From the human T2T-CHM13v2.0 reference genome, Homo sapiens, in NCBI RefSeq assembly GCF_009914755.1, contig NC_060936.1: a stretch of DNA of 64,000 nt, one strand, 5' to 3'. Position 1 is the first letter of the stretch. Every line of letters begins with the position of its first letter. The notes beneath the pieces were generated by a model. The model was not told the DNA's origin. It made no database searches and saw nothing but the letters and a program-made list of their open reading frames with translations. Position numbers and translations under genes: made by a program. Shown here one piece after another: positions 24,831 through 39,186 of this stretch.

Positions 24831-27800
24831 GTAACATGGTAGGCTGGTAGAGAAATGTAATTTATTGATTCTCAACTGCCTAGAAATGTCAGAAATTTTG
24901 AGAAGTGAGCAACTCACTTAAAATTGTGGGTTTTCTTTCCTTGTTGCTGTTAGCATTATTAAAGTCCTTTCCATTTTAAAATTATTTATGCCAGACTTCA
25001 TTTCTAATTCATAGAAATGGGAACAAAAAATAATTAGAGGAACCTGAGAGAAACTAAGAGACCGTTTCTGGGATACTGAGAAAATGTTTCTGAGAGAGAA
25101 TCTGAGAAAATGTTTTTGATGCCTTTTCTGATTCAACTTCTTATAGTGGTGATTCAATCACAAGGGTAAAGGTGAATACTGAGGTCTTGGGATCATCTTT
25201 CTTCTATTATTCTTTAACTGTTATTTTTCCATTTCCTCTTTTCTTTTGGAATTCCTGTTTTATGGACATCTTGATCTTTTGTGCCACTCATTCATGAATT
25301 TTGTCACTGTGATTCCCATTCCAATTTTTTTCCCTCCGTATTGTGAGGCAGCTGTTTTATTTAGTCATGAAGACCACTAACTTGGTTTTCAGCAGTGTCT
25401 CACTAATTACTTAGTTCATACAAAATGGGCTTTTTATTTTAGGAATTATGTTTTAAATGTTTAAAGTTATCTTCTCGTAAGCCAAATTTTTATAAAATGT
25501 AAATAAATCAGTTATCAGAGAGAACACTTTTTTTTTTAAATACTTGGCAGAAAAAAGAAATCTTCACTGGGTACTACAGGGAGTGTGGTGTAAACTGTAC
25601 TGAAAAATACCCTTGATAGTTCCATATGACAAACATAATGATGAATTTCACTTAGTCTGTCTTGGCTTAGCTCAATAGCACTAATGATCAAGATACTGGC
25701 TGATAAATAGAGTCCTATTTGGCCTGGGCAGTCCCAGCATAATTATGTAATAGTGTCCCACTATATTCTCAAAAGCATTCCAATTTGGATGATAAATTAT
25801 ATAGTCACCTTGGTTATAACTCCATGCTGGCCAGTTAGCTTAGTTCTGTTCCATTTATATAGATTATGTGTGCTTCACTCCAAAACCTAATGAGCCATTT
25901 GTAAAAGTGATGGCTTTTGCGGTGCCCAGGGAGAGAATTTGTATGTTTGTATCCTTCAACACACATTTATTACAGTTATTAAAAGGTTTTATTGATGATA
26001 GATGGTAATGTCATGTAAAAATGACATATTATTTATTTGTAGACTTTCCTATTCTCTTGTTGGACATGTAATTAGAAACTAATATGACTTAAAGAAAAAC
26101 AAATACACAAAATTTATTCATCCAATTAATCTCTTAATCCAGGTGTTTTTTTTTTCTGAGACTATACCCATACTTCAATAACTTTGTTGTTACTGAGAAT
26201 ATTTTGAGTTTCCCTTTTTGTCATTGTTGTCAGAGAATGTATCATATCTTTAAAAAGACTTGTTGGAGGATGAGTTTGTTTTGAAAAGGCCTGAATTTAG
26301 TTGATGCAAAGTCACAGATAAGATGGTTCATTAAGCTGTATTAATACTGCTTTTGTCTAATAGATATCATTACCAATAAGTCAGACTAGTTTTTCTTTTG
26401 GCACTTATAAATCACCTTTGAAGACAACTTTTTACAAGGAAATAAAACAAATGCTTTGAGAAATACCAGTATTATTGAAAGAAAAGTATATATTGCTAAT
26501 GGATGCAGCATTCTGGCATAATGGTTTGAAAACTCATTTGATTGCTTTGTAGAAGAATGACTCTTTCAGATGACCCAGGGCCTGTGAGCCTGCCAGAACT
26601 TGAAAATTCTTTCTTCCCTGAGGTGCTTCAACCTGAATTCAAAGAGCAGCTTTTAATCTATTAGAGATCATTTTTTGTCCTCTCATTTATTTTTCATATT
26701 TGCCTTTGATCTTAGCTCTTCTCTAATCTTTTTCTGTCTCAACCTTATTAACAGGTGTCTGTGCAGACACTTTTAAGTTTTGTTTTTTGGCTCAGCCTGT
26801 CAGTTAACTGATAATCATGCTGAAAGGAGAAGCAGGACAAAACAGAGTTCAATGCTGACAATACTCCTTTTAATCTTGTCCAGCCCATTAGCAGAGCAGG
26901 CATCTCTGTGGGCCTTGAGACGTAGTCCCGTAAAACTCATCCCGTTTCTACTTGATTTGCTTTCTTTGAGAACTCTTGTTTATTTTTATATGGAGGTTTC
27001 CTGCCTTGGATTAAAACATAAACCTCAATCTGAAGTTCAATTTCATCTTAATTTATGAACGACTAAGAGAGGGAACATGAAAAGTGGAGGTTAGTGAAAT
27101 TATCTCTAATTCTCTGGGTTAAGAGATACATGAAAACAGTCTCTTGAGTAACCATTTGCAGGTAAATATGGAAGTAATGGTTATGGTTGTCTCTTTAAGT
27201 TTTTAGTCACAAGTAGAAAAAGACCAAGTTAATTTTTTTCTGTGTGTGCTGAATTTCTATTTGTAGTAAGTGTAAGAATTTAAGCAGAAATTCTGATTCG
27301 TATTTTCAGATAAAAAGAATATGTAATTTCCATAGGTCCAGAAATAGGGAGAGTTTGCCATCTGGTGGTTCTTAACGGCACTCTGGATATTATTAAGAGT
27401 TGCATTTCTATTTAAAATTATATTTTAAAAAACGTTTGGAAGATACTTTTATTGTAGAAACTATCCTCTTAGGGCCATTCTTTAAAAAAATCTTATTTTA
27501 TATATTTCTCATTTTGTTGATAGTGATTAGATTCTAAGAGCAACAGAACAATGATCATCCTCTCCTATCAGAATCACTGATGTTTAGATGATTTCTCATT
27601 TTCCCAAGTTCAAGGTTCCATGAAAAACATAGCTTGAGTGGGATTTTATGTCTCTGCGTTTCACTGTTGATATATATGTCCTCCCAATATAACATTTTAC
27701 AAATAACCAAGCACAAAATTTAATATTTTACCTTGAATATTTAAAATATAATAATATCCAAAAGCTCTTGTAATTTGTACTGATATCTTATACTAGCGTG

Positions 27801-28152
27801 TCTGTTTCACATTAAGTTTAATGTCTTAGGATATAAAAAATCTTTTTTATGGTTAGTGATTTATCTTGTTTTTTTTTCCATGGAATTTCTGGATAGCGAG
27901 ATAAATATTTCCATACTATTTTATTTGATATTTCCAAATTTGCCTCTGAATCAACAATTTTCCTATTTTAATTTCATTGTACTTGTTCCTTACAACCTAA
28001 ATAGCTTTTTATTATATTTTGATTTTATTTAAAAATGTACTTCTGAATAATATATCTGTTTCTGTAAAAACTGTTAGCACTGAATTTGCCAACCATTTGA
28101 CAAATACACAAATAAAATAGATTTTTACGGCTTGTCATTTGTAATTTCATAG

Positions 28153-28354
28153 ATCCGAGATCAGCTTGTTGTTGGACAGCTGATTCCAGACTGCTATGTA
28201 GAACTTGAAAAAATCATTTTATCGGAGCGTAAAAATGTGCCAATTGAATTTCCCGTAATTGACCGGAAACGATTATTACAACTAGTGAGAGAAAATCAGC
28301 TGCAGTTAGATGAAAATGAGCTTCCTCACGCAGTTCACTTTCTAAATGAATCAG
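28153..28354 (+). CDS. LRRK2: LRRK2 exon 32 (202 nt); COR-A
   Basis: tcatag|ATCCG...TCAG|gtttgt; IRDQLVVGQLIPDCYVELEK...AVHFLNES. Confidence 0.96.
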
Positions 28355-29392
28355 GTTTGTGTTTTTCGTTCCTTATTTTCAAAGCTCAGCTGTAGTAACT
28401 TATAAAAGTGTTTCTGAATCTTTTATAGAATTTACATTCAAAGTTGAGAGAATATCCATACGGTTCTTTAATAGGCCACTGATTTTTTTCTTTTTGGAAG
28501 ATCATCATGTGTGTTCATGACAAATCATGTATCATGTCATAAGAAAACAAATTTAGAAATCACCTAGGAGTAAAGCAGTGGAAAGAGTCCCTGAGTGGGA
28601 GTTAAAATATTTGGGTTCTAGAACTTGTCTTTACTATTCAGGAGCTGTGGAACCCTGAATAGTCAAATGACATTCATAATGTCAAATGAGTTTAGTGCAT
28701 GTGAAAGTTATTTTTATATTGCAAAGGGGAATTATTGTTGGCATGGTCTAACTGGGACGCTTGGAGAGTCAATGGCTCCCTGAGATGATGCAGCTTCTGA
28801 GTGGAAGATCTAGCTCTCTTGCATCAAATATTGATCTCAAAGATGAAAATTCTCAAAGCAACTTCAGTGCTAATTGTGTACTTGATCATATTACCTTGCT
28901 AGAAATGTGTGAGTTGTTTGATAGTACTAGAGTAAGTGACTGGGAAGCTGCTTTTGATCCCTAGATTCTGTTGTATAAAAAATAGCTTCCCGTGGTTTAT
29001 GATCTGTTCCTTTTCCCCATCGTTCTTAAGGTATGCTGAGATATGCTGTGTTTCTTATCTGTATTTGAAAATAAAACATGTCTTTGTAGTGTGTATTCAG
29101 CAAGCGAAACAGAAAATTATGAATTTCTACTTATGTGTGAAATATGCTCTGTAATGCATGTCAGTGTCTCAAATATGCTTAAATATGATCATTTTATGTA
29201 GTTTAAAAATACTCCATTATAATATTGGAACTTTAGACCATAGGATGCACAGCTTCTAGTCCCAGCTCTGTCACTAGCTATGCTGAAATTTCTTCACCTG
29301 CAAAATGAGGAAGTTGGACTAGATTTTTTCTAAAGCCCCTTGATATTTGTTCTAGATTCCATGTTTCACTGTTTGATGACTTTTTACTACAG

Positions 29393-29481
29393 GAGTCCTT
29401 CTTCATTTTCAAGACCCAGCACTGCAGTTAAGTGACTTGTACTTTGTGGAACCCAAGTGGCTTTGTAAAATCATGGCACAG
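29393..29481 (+). CDS. LRRK2: LRRK2 exon 33 (89 nt); COR-A
   Basis: ctacag|GAGTC...CAG|gttggt; [29 protein letters not shown]. Confidence 0.96.
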
Positions 29482-30091
29482 GTTGGTGTCTTTTATTTTT
29501 GTGGCACGGGGGTTATGGTCAAAGCATAGAACAGATGGCGCCCAGAGCATTGAGCATTTTAGAATTTGGGTTTAGTTAAGGCAGAAACTTTTGTGAATTT
29601 GGAAAACTGTGGAACATTTCACATAGAAGACTACTTGAAGAGCTTCATGGAAGAAGGAAAGATGTCTTGAGTTCACTTCCATGACTTGGTTTTCAAGCCA
29701 CATACAGATGTTTGTATCACTCTGCCCCATGCTGCTTTACTAGATCCTGATGATGTCATTGGTTTGGTTACTGAATTAGTCAATTGAATGATGGCTTTGT
29801 GGAAATCCTTGGGGTAAACACATATAAGAAAATTAGGTTGCTGAGCCTGTGAAACCTCTATCTAGATAACATGGAGGTGAGTTTTGACTTAAGTGAAATG
29901 ATCTGAGCTTTAAATGCTTACGATTTTGAAAACTTTGGATGGCCTTGGTTATAGCTATTTTTTTCTTATATTTCACATGGAAAATGATTTTTTTCTCCAA
30001 ATGATAATCCATTACCAATGAGTTTAATTAGTTATAATAATCCATCTCTGTAGCTTTGACATAAAAGACCATTTGAGCAAAACATACTACC

Positions 30092-30290
30092 TCAGGGCTT
30101 TTCAACCCCAGCATGATGACATTTTGGGCCAGATAATTCTTTGTTGCACATTGTAGGATGTTAGCAGCATTTTTGGCCTTTATATTCGAGACGTAAGTAG
30201 TATCCTCTAGCTGTGACAAGCAAAAATGTATCCAGACATTGCTAAATATTGCTTGGAGAATGTGAAAAATTACCCTAGTTGAGAAACATT
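30092..30290 (+). mobile_element. MER20 (hAT-Charlie MITE)
   Basis: gacattttgggccagataattctttgttg...gtgacaagcaaaaatgtatccagacattgc...gttgagaaac. Confidence 0.8.
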
Positions 30291-31989
30291 AAGCTACTGA
30301 TTTGTTGATGAGTAAAATTTATAGTTTTGCATGTGACTGCCCGAGTTCCTAAAATTATTATATATTTTTATGTTAGAAATATCTCTTCCAATTAAACCAT
30401 AAAGGTAATTAAATTCACTCAGGCAGCCTTGAATAATTGTTCCTAAATTCCATCTAAGGAAAAAAAGGAAGCTATTGTGAAGAGAGAACTCAGTTGAGGC
30501 TAAATCCTGTACCATGGAACTCAAGAGCATATTGAAACATTGCAATCAGCAATTATTTGCAGTGTGTCAGTTATTACTATTTTGGTAGGTATTTTTAAAT
30601 TAGATTTTCAGCCTTCTGCACATATGTCATGGATAATGTGATTTTACTCAATTATTAAATGATAATGGAGACAGTAGTGTGACCCAGAGCACTTACTTGA
30701 GCATCAGCTTGACCTACGTTTCAGTCTCTTTAATTACTTATTAGCTCTGTGAAATTTCTTAATGCATTAAGCCTTTGTTTACTTACTTTTTAAATAAGGA
30801 AAATAACAATTATCTTCTATATTGCCTCCCTGGTTCAGTGTAAGTGAGGGGTAAATGTTAGCTAATTTTATATTGGATCTATTTGGCAATTTAAAGAATG
30901 TTAATCAGGAAATTTTAAAAAATTCAGAACTATAAAGAGGTACTTACGTAGTTTTGGAAAGTGTGTCATGTATGGGGACAAATAAAAAAGATGTGTAGGT
31001 AGCTGCATCCTGTACAGCAAAGGAAGTTTTAAATATATCCAGCAATTTTGTTGTCCTAGCTGGCGCACAATAGTTATCAGGAGGTAACTCAACTCCACAT
31101 AGTCAAGGAAAAGCTAAAGTTGCTCTCTAAAGTGGTGTGTTTCCATGTCACTATGGAACACTTGAAGTTGCACACATGTGAACATTAGGATGGGTATATC
31201 TTATACAGTAGAATAAGGAAGAGGTTTGCATCAGAACTCCCCTTTTAAAAAAATGCAGATTTTCACTATGACTGCAATAAAATTCCTGAAGATTCTGTGG
31301 AGTAATTAAGTTGAAACTCCATGAAAGTTCTTCTCATTAGCATAGTTATAAATATGATAATTTAAGTAAAAATTAAGTTAATTTGAGCCACTCAAAGTTA
31401 CTTTTAAAGACAGATTTAAAATGTCAATAAAATGATAATTTAAATTTCCGATTAACCTAAAAAAGAAGTGCCATCATTTTTATTTATGCCAATAAATTGA
31501 AATATAATGTCATTTTATCACTAAGGTTTAAAGGAAATGAAATCTCTAAATAATCAAGTGAAACCAAGAGCAACTTGTCTGACAGCTATTAGCAAAAATA
31601 AATAGGAGTATTCACCTTCATGAATCAAGGCAAGGGCCGGAATAATTTCATGGTGCAGAAGCTCTAATGAGCCCACCCACTCTATGCGCCCCGAGCTGTT
31701 AGGTCACTAAACTTATTAAAAAAAGGTACCATTAAGGCAGGGAGAAGTTTACAAGACTCATTTAACTGTATGATAAAAGAGATATGAAAGAGACCTATTC
31801 AATTAATCAGGTGGAACATTAAAAAGCTTACATGGCAATTTAACCTTGATAAAAATACATGGGAGAAATACAAAGGAATTTGGAAAATTCTCTTTCCTTG
31901 AATAAGGCATCAGTTAGCTATTCAGGTTATGAGGTTGAAGGAATGTTAGGAGCTCTTTTAAAGGTGATAAAGTCAAGATAATGTTGCAG

Positions 31990-32440
31990 ATTTTATTCTT
32001 ATGTAACAAACCCCCTCGAAACTTGGAGGCTTAAAATGTGAACAATTTATCATTTCTCGTTCTTCTGTGGCTTGACTGGGCTCAGCTGCGTGGTTCTGCT
32101 CCACATGGTATTGGCAAGGGTTATTCACTTGGCTTCATTCATTAAACTGAGCTGGAAAGTGCAAGAAAGGTACATGCATGTTTTTGGAGTATTGGTGCTT
32201 CTCCATGTGGCCTATCATATGGCTAAGTTGGGCTTCCTCGTGGCACGGTGATCACAGAATAATTAGACATCTTTCATGGTGGCTGGTTACCAAGAGAAAT
32301 GAAGCAGATTTTTTCTGTCCTCTTAAAGGCTAGGCCAAGGACTGGCAAAAATATTAATTCTGCTACATTCTAGTAACCAGAGCAACCACAAACCTAGCTC
32401 AGATTAAAGGGGAAGGAAAAGAGACTCTATATGAATAGCA
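31990..32440. mobile_element. MLT1-type MaLR solo LTR
   Basis: taacaaacccc..aaacttggaggcttaaaa...ttctgtggcttgactgggctcagctg...ctccatgtggcct...gggcttcctc; ends approximate. Confidence 0.7.
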
Positions 32441-32589
32441 CCTATGTATAGGGATGGAAATGATGTGTCCATCTTTGGAAACTTCCACTATAAATAGTGG
32501 TAGCACGCTATAGATCCACTAGGAAAATCAAGCACAAACTCTTTAAAAAATAAGTGTATCTTAGTAAAATAGATTAGAATAACTAGATA

Positions 32590-32800
32590 ATAATGGCTAA
32601 CATACATGAGGTTAATATGTGCTTTTCAAAGATTAGCTCATGTAATTCTCACAGCAACCTTTCCAAATGGTACTTTATTAGCCCCTATGATACAGATGAA
32701 GAAATTGATTGACAGAGAGGTTGAATAATTTATCCAACGGTACACATTCAGGAAGAGGTAGAGTTAGAATTTCAAACCAAGTAGTTTGACTCCAGGGCCT
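32590..32800 (-). mobile_element. MIR
   Basis: aattctcacagcaacc...tacagatgaagaaattga..cagagaggttgaataatttatccaa...tttgactccag. Confidence 0.7.
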
Positions 32801-33369
32801 ATGAGTTTATACATTCATAGGGCTGATATTCAAATGAGAGAAGAGAAGTAATAAATAAACATATAATATGTTGAGTGGTACAGAGTGCTACAAAGAAAAT
32901 ATGAAGTGCAGTTGGAGATGAATTGTCAAAAAAGGTCTTAGCACTTAAAAAACACTAAAACAGCAAACAATTCTCTTTACCACCTAAACTGTAAGAGCGA
33001 TCTGGAATTGCTATAAAGTACACAACATGGGAGAAGTCTTAAACAACAGTTTTTATTATTTATAGGCCCATTGCACACTGTCATTAAATACCAATATGTT
33101 CAATCAACCATGCATTCATTGATTCAATAAATACTGTACATACAAAATAGAAATACAGAAATGGGTAAGACAAGTCCTTGGGCCTAAGGACTTTATAACC
33201 TGGTATTTCACTCAACTACATGATAGCATAAATAATGTTTGCTTCTGTTTAAGTATTCCTTAAACATTATAGATCTCCCAAAGAAAATTAAATACAAACC
33301 TCTTTTTAAAGTGAATTTGACAAAGCAAAATAAATTGGAATATATAGATAAATATGCTAAAATTTGTCA

Positions 33370-33550
33370 TATGTACTTTGCGTACTTTACATGTGTTATT
33401 TCATTCTCAGGGCAATCTAAGACAGTCACTTTTATTATCTCATTTTATAGAGAAGAAAGCTGTGCAGTAAAGAAATCAAATACCTTTCCCAAGGTTACAG
33501 AGCTAGTAGTAGAGCCTGGATTTGAATCTGGGTTCTGACTGATTTTTAAC
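33370..33550 (-). mobile_element. MIR
   Basis: ttattatctcattttatagagaagaaagctg...cccaaggttacagagctagtagtagagcctggatttgaatctgggttctgact. Confidence 0.7.
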
Positions 33551-33564
33551 TGCCATGACAAGGA

Positions 33565-33710
33565 TCAAAGCTCAAAGTGTGATCTCTGTGTTAGAAACAT
33601 CGGGGTTGCTCTTTAAAAAAGCCGATTCTCAGGCCTCAACCCAGACCTACTGACCCAGACACTGCAAGTAGAATCCATCAAAATGCAGTAGTTACTTTGA
33701 GAATCATGAA
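33565..33710. mobile_element. MER5A-like hAT MITE fragment
   Basis: ctcaaagtgtg...gattctcaggcctcaacccagacctactga...tttgagaatca. Confidence 0.55.
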
Positions 33711-34168
33711 ACTCTGCTACACAGTCTGTCTTCCTATTCATGGAAGTCCTCTCCTAGTATATAAATGTGAAGTAATATTTCTATTTCAAACCTGTATTGA
33801 TAACTGTCTGGAAGATAATTTTCCTGGGAATATATTATTGATGAGACTGCAAAACAGATGTGAGGTATTGGATTGATCTTTCCATTGTAGCTAGGGAAAT
33901 ACTGATGTTCATTGTTTCAGTGAAGTTCAATGATTTCCTATCCGAATTAACTCCCTTAATTTAACAATTTTTTTTTTTTTTTTGAGAGTGAATGCCCCTC
34001 TGGGCTTCTAGGCCACATGGTTGCTAGAGAAATTAGGTACTGTGTTGCACTTGAAAACACTAAAATCTTTCTGACTACTTTCACTGAGCAAAGAGACATA
34101 AAATGCTTTAAATTTGCAACATTTCAGAAAATAAATTTTAGTGATTATTTATGACTCGAATCTTTCAG

Positions 34169-34356
34169 ATTTTGACAGTGAAAGTGGAAGGTTGTCCAAA
34201 ACACCCTAAGGGCATTATTTCGCGTAGAGATGTGGAAAAATTTCTTTCAAAAAAAAGGAAATTTCCAAAGAACTACATGTCACAGTATTTTAAGCTCCTA
34301 GAAAAATTCCAGATTGCTTTGCCAATAGGAGAAGAATATTTGCTGGTTCCAAGCAG
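34169..34356 (+). CDS. LRRK2: LRRK2 exon 34 (188 nt); COR (R1628, M1646, S1647)
   Basis: tttcag|ATTTT...GCAG|gtaaag; ILTVKVEGCPKHPKGIISRRD...YLLVPS. Confidence 0.97.
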
Positions 34357-34630
34357 GTAAAGAAAACCTTAAAAAATTAATTGCTACATGGAAATTCACT
34401 ATCTATTCTTTTAATTGTCAAACTAACTGTAGTCTATAATAGATGTATTAAATAAATAAATATATTTTGCTTCTAGTGTAAACCTCCTACTGACATGTAT
34501 CATTTATTTTGGAATAAAACATTGCATCTGACACTTTAACAATATAGTAAATCACTTACTTTATGTGTATAGTTACTAGTTGGCTTATCACTGTTGAAAT
34601 TATTTAAGAAAGGTAAATAGTGGAGATTAA

Positions 34631-34665
34631 TGTGTGTGTGTGTCTGTGTTTGTGTATGTGTGTGT
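34631..34665. repeat. Degenerate (GT)n, intron 34
   Basis: tgtgtgtgtgtgtctgtgtttgtgtatgtgtgtgt. Confidence 0.85.
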
Positions 34666-35214
34666 TCTTAAACAACACTGAGAGAGTTTATTAAGCAAGT
34701 TCTGAGAAGATAGTGAGTTTTCAACAGAATTTTAAAAGCATTTATGGCATCACAATGGATGCCTATGTTTTAGCCTATACTATGGAAATTTTTCCTACTG
34801 CTCTAAGCAACTGGGAAATTTATAAAGTAATATGATGTTGAAATGTGCAAATTACATTGATTGATGGATGCAGCCAATTTTAAAAATAAATATACACTTT
34901 TTTTCTAGGACATGTATTTTTCAGGATTTATATAAGATTACATTTGTCTATGCATAACTAATTGTAATAATTTATGTATTAGTGCACAGGGATTACCGAA
35001 AATATTTCATGCATCTACATCTGAGCATGCATTTGAATTGGTTATTGACCACTGAATTTTTGGTGTAGGAAAAATATGTAGTGAAACAATGTTACAAAAA
35101 GATTACAATTGTTTGGAATGATTACCTTCATTGACTTTAAGCAGTAAAATCATTTGCTCAACAAGGTTGGGTGTTTTGTGAGGCTGTATAACCATAGTGT
35201 CCTTTTGCCTTTAG

Positions 35215-35369
35215 TTTGTCTGACCACAGGCCTGTGATAGAGCTTCCCCATTGTGAGAACTCTGAAATTATCATCCGACTATATGAAATGCCTTATTTTC
35301 CAATGGGATTTTGGTCAAGATTAATCAATCGATTACTTGAGATTTCACCTTACATGCTTTCAGGGAGAG
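35215..35369 (+). CDS. LRRK2: LRRK2 exon 35 (155 nt); COR-B, Y1699
   Basis: ctttag|TTTGT...AGAG|gtaagt; [36 protein letters not shown]... Confidence 0.97.
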
Positions 35370-36215
35370 GTAAGTATCTAATGAAGACTTATTAGATTTT
35401 TAGAGACTATTAATTTAGACTTATTAATTTTTAGAGAAATTAGGGAGATGGCATATGAAAAGTAATATGCCATTTTCTCAGAGTTTACTTGTTTGGAAGG
35501 CAGCTGAAGAATTAGAAAATAAGCTCATAAAACCTTGGAGTAGGCAATCTAAAGACACACAAGCACATATAACCTCATCTAATTTGTCAGGAAGAAAATT
35601 CCTTAGGTGCTCACTCAGATCTTGACTGTGATTACATTGTAGGGACTGTAATTATCTCTTTTCTGTTGCACAGCCACTAAGACATTTACAAAAAAAGAGC
35701 AAATCCGGTGTTTATAATGCTAACTCTTTCTTCTAAAATAAATAGAGACATTTTGGTACTCCAAAGGGAAAATATCATTTTGGGGATTAAAATTAGCTTT
35801 ACACAGGTGTTACTGGTTTCCAAAATAAACCTTACCTTGATTGGAATTAATCAACATATAGGTAGTTACATTGCATTAAAAAGTTCAGAAAGTTTTGCGT
35901 TTAGCATGATCAAAAACTTCTTTTTAAAAATTATGAGGATTTATTTATGATTTTCTTTCTTCATCTGTCGAGCATATTAAACTGCTTAACAGCATCAACC
36001 TGAAATGGATCTTAATGTGCAGGGGATTTAACTCTTTTTATTGTAAAGTTGTGGATAAAATATTTAATAGATATGGATGAGGACTCATATCAGTAACAAC
36101 CCAATACTTTATTTCAAAATGAATAGATCTGTATTACAATCACTTGTGTTGTGTGCAGTAGATTTTTTCCCTTTAACTTAGGAAGCAGTTAATAATTAAT
36201 GGCTCCATTTTTTAG

Positions 36216-36362
36216 AACGAGCACTTCGCCCAAACAGAATGTATTGGCGACAAGGCATTTACTTAAATTGGTCTCCTGAAGCTTATTGTCTGGTAGGATC
36301 TGAAGTCTTAGACAATCATCCAGAGAGTTTCTTAAAAATTACAGTTCCTTCTTGTAGAAAAG
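36216..36362 (+). CDS. LRRK2: LRRK2 exon 36 (147 nt); COR-B
   Basis: ttttag|AACGA...AAAG|gtaagg; RALRPNRMYWRQGIYLNWSPEAY...VPSCRK. Confidence 0.97.
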
Positions 36363-36499
36363 GTAAGGAAATCAATTTGAATGTTTTCAATTGCAACACT
36401 AAAGAAATTTAAACTTAAAAAAAAAAAAAACTTTACCTTAAAGCTTTGCGACAGTATGAGGTTTAGACAAGGTGTTGAGCTCTGTTTTGAATCATGTAG

Positions 36500-36691
36500 G
36501 CTGTATTCTTTTGGGCCAAGTTGTGGACCACATTGATTCTCTCATGGAAGAATGGTTTCCTGGGTTGCTGGAGATTGATATTTGTGGTGAAGGAGAAACT
36601 CTGTTGAAGAAATGGGCATTATATAGTTTTAATGATGGTGAAGAACATCAAAAAATCTTACTTGATGACTTGATGAAGAAAGCAGAGGAAG
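36500..36691 (+). CDS. LRRK2: LRRK2 exon 37 (192 nt); COR-B
   Basis: atgtag|GCTGT...GAAG|gtatgt; [21 protein letters not shown]...KKAEE; preceded by a 137-nt intron. Confidence 0.97.
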
Positions 36692-37340
36692 GTATGTTTT
36701 GATACAACTTACAAATGCTTTTAAGTGATCCTTCAATACTTATGAAGTGACTTTTAATAAATGTAAATATTCTTATCCATAAGGGATGAGTTGAAAAATA
36801 GTATATTCAATTATAGGGACAGTTCAGAAAACTGAATTATATTTATTACCAATAAAATCTTGTATTCTAGATTCAGAAAATGTTGATTTGAGGGTTTGAA
36901 TGCTGGCTTATTGAGCAACATAACCTCATCTGTGAAACCGGAATACCAACCACATCTATCTCATAGAACTGTTATAAAGATTCAAATAGACAATACATGG
37001 ACCTAATTTACCAACATGTCTGCCATATAATAACAGCTGCAGCTTCATGAATGTGGCAAAAGCAGAGAGTAGGTAACTTTCTAGTCAGATGTCTGGTAGT
37101 CTGCAGCAGTTCAGAATTCTACAAGTGAACGTAGGAATAAGTTTTTAAAATTCCAAGTAGATAGATACTAAGTGAATCTTTAAAATGTTCTCAAATTTCC
37201 TAGAGAAATATAGGATTGGTTAGAAAGGGAGGGATTAGAAATTATAGAAAATATTCCATTATTTTTTCACATCAAAACCACAAATTTATGTATCTCCTTA
37301 AATGTTGTTTTTATTTAAAAAATGTTTTATTACTTCTCAG

Positions 37341-37487
37341 GAGATCTCTTAGTAAATCCAGATCAACCAAGGCTCACCATTCCAATATCTCAGATTGCCC
37401 CTGACTTGATTTTGGCTGACCTGCCTAGAAATATTATGTTGAATAATGATGAGTTGGAATTTGAACAAGCTCCAGAGTTTCTCCTAG
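37341..37487 (+). CDS. LRRK2: LRRK2 exon 38 (147 nt); COR-B/kinase junction
   Basis: ttctcag|GAGAT...CTAG|gtaatt; DLLVNPDQPRLTIPISQIAPDL...APEFLL. Confidence 0.97.
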
Positions 37488-38414
37488 GTAATTCTTTTTG
37501 TTAATTTGAGAATAAAAATTAGGATGTAATTTTCTCCTTATAATTTAGAAAATAGATTTCATAATTATATTGTCATAGATTTTACTGTCTTCATATATTT
37601 GTTATAATTTTTGTATTTGGAATGATATATTTTAAAGGAATATAATATTACAGATCTGGAATTTGTTTTGCACATAATCATGTAGACTAGGATCAAGATG
37701 AGGATGAGATTATCATGGAAGCAGAAATATTTATGAAATATATCTTTGTATTTGCCTTAATTGCCAGGGATATGGGAGGCAAATAAGACAGTTTTCAGGT
37801 GAGTTAAGTGAAGCAGCCATATTTTATAAAATGACAGAATAGGTAAAGGAAGCACACCTCAGTGTAGCCATAGCAGGGGTTTTATGACTCAGTGTGACAA
37901 TGCTGAATTCTCATAGAAATATTCATTAAAAGCCTTGAAATTAAAGTCAAAAGTGTTACATGGTGACATACTCAAATACTTTTTTTTTTTTTTTTGATAT
38001 GCTGAACAATTTACATTTCTTGGTTCCGTGAATTCAATCAGTGATTTTCAGTAGAGTATGATGGAAATCATTGAATTCATGTAGCATGTTTAGGTGCTCA
38101 TTGAGAAAAGGTGAAGTCATGGTAACCATGTTTCAATATTCTCATTTGTATCTTGACTTCCTGCACATGGATTTTTGGGCCTAAAAGATGTTTTTAAAAC
38201 ATGCTCATACACTTCAGAAGATGAAAAGTGTATGCATTATAACTACTTTGGGAAAGAAACAGTCAACATATGTTACTGTATGTCATTCTGTAGATTACAT
38301 GTGTGGTTTCTCATGTCTCTCAGAATAAAAGCTAATGTCTTTACAAGACCTGCGATGCTGTGATCTGTCTGGCTCCTCGGTTATCATTTTTAAAAAAAGA
38401 TATACTTTGTACAA

Positions 38415-38610
38415 ATTTTTTTAATTGACAAGTAAAAATTGTATATATTTATGGTGTACAACATGATGTTTTGATATATGTATATGTTGTGGAATGGAGA
38501 AGTTTAGCTATTTAACATATACATTATCTCAAATATTTATGTGGTGAGAACTATTAAAATCTACTCTCATAGCAATTTACAAGTATACAGTATGTTATTA
38601 TTAACTGTAG
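38415..38610 (-). mobile_element. L1MA-type 3' end, antisense
   Basis: aattgtatatatttatggtgtacaacatgatgttttgatatatg...gtggtgagaac..aaaatctactct. Confidence 0.8.
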
Positions 38611-39186
38611 GCTGACATACTCAAGTTTTAAACATTCCTGAGAGTCATTGGGACAACTATGAAATGCATTAGATTGATTTAATATAAAGCATTTGAAGAC
38701 AATTTTGACCTTACTTTGTTTAGTTTTTGTTGTTGTTGTGTGTATACATTTAATTTTAATCAAATTACCCCAGAAATAATGCCTAAGATCTGTCAGTCAG
38801 GACATAATATTATTAGCAAAAAGTTGTCCAAAATTTGAGACATGATATTTAAAGCTAAATAAACTCCTTTATACCCCTCTTATTGGCATTGATTGGGAAG
38901 TTTAGGTTGAATTTAAATGCTTTGGAACTCAGGAAGTTAATGTATTAGTAATAGTGGGTTAACATAAAATGCTGAATTGTCCTTGCTGAATCCTACATCT
39001 TAACCCCAGACTTCAAGGTATACAGGAAAGTACCAGACATGGTGCATCCTTCCTCTGAAGAAATCCCAAACTGTCAGACACAGATCCCTAAAATATTTCT
39101 TTTTCCTGCATTAAAATGTGTTTCAGATGAATGGACACGTTTTGAGTAGTGTATGTGGAAACGTCATTTACAAAGTCTGTTTAGTT

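Noticed and set aside
24456-24917. 153-aa antisense ORF over exon 31 (also those over exons 24, 25, 28, 40 and 41)
   Set aside because: Shadow ORFs from coding-strand codon bias; no independent evidence.
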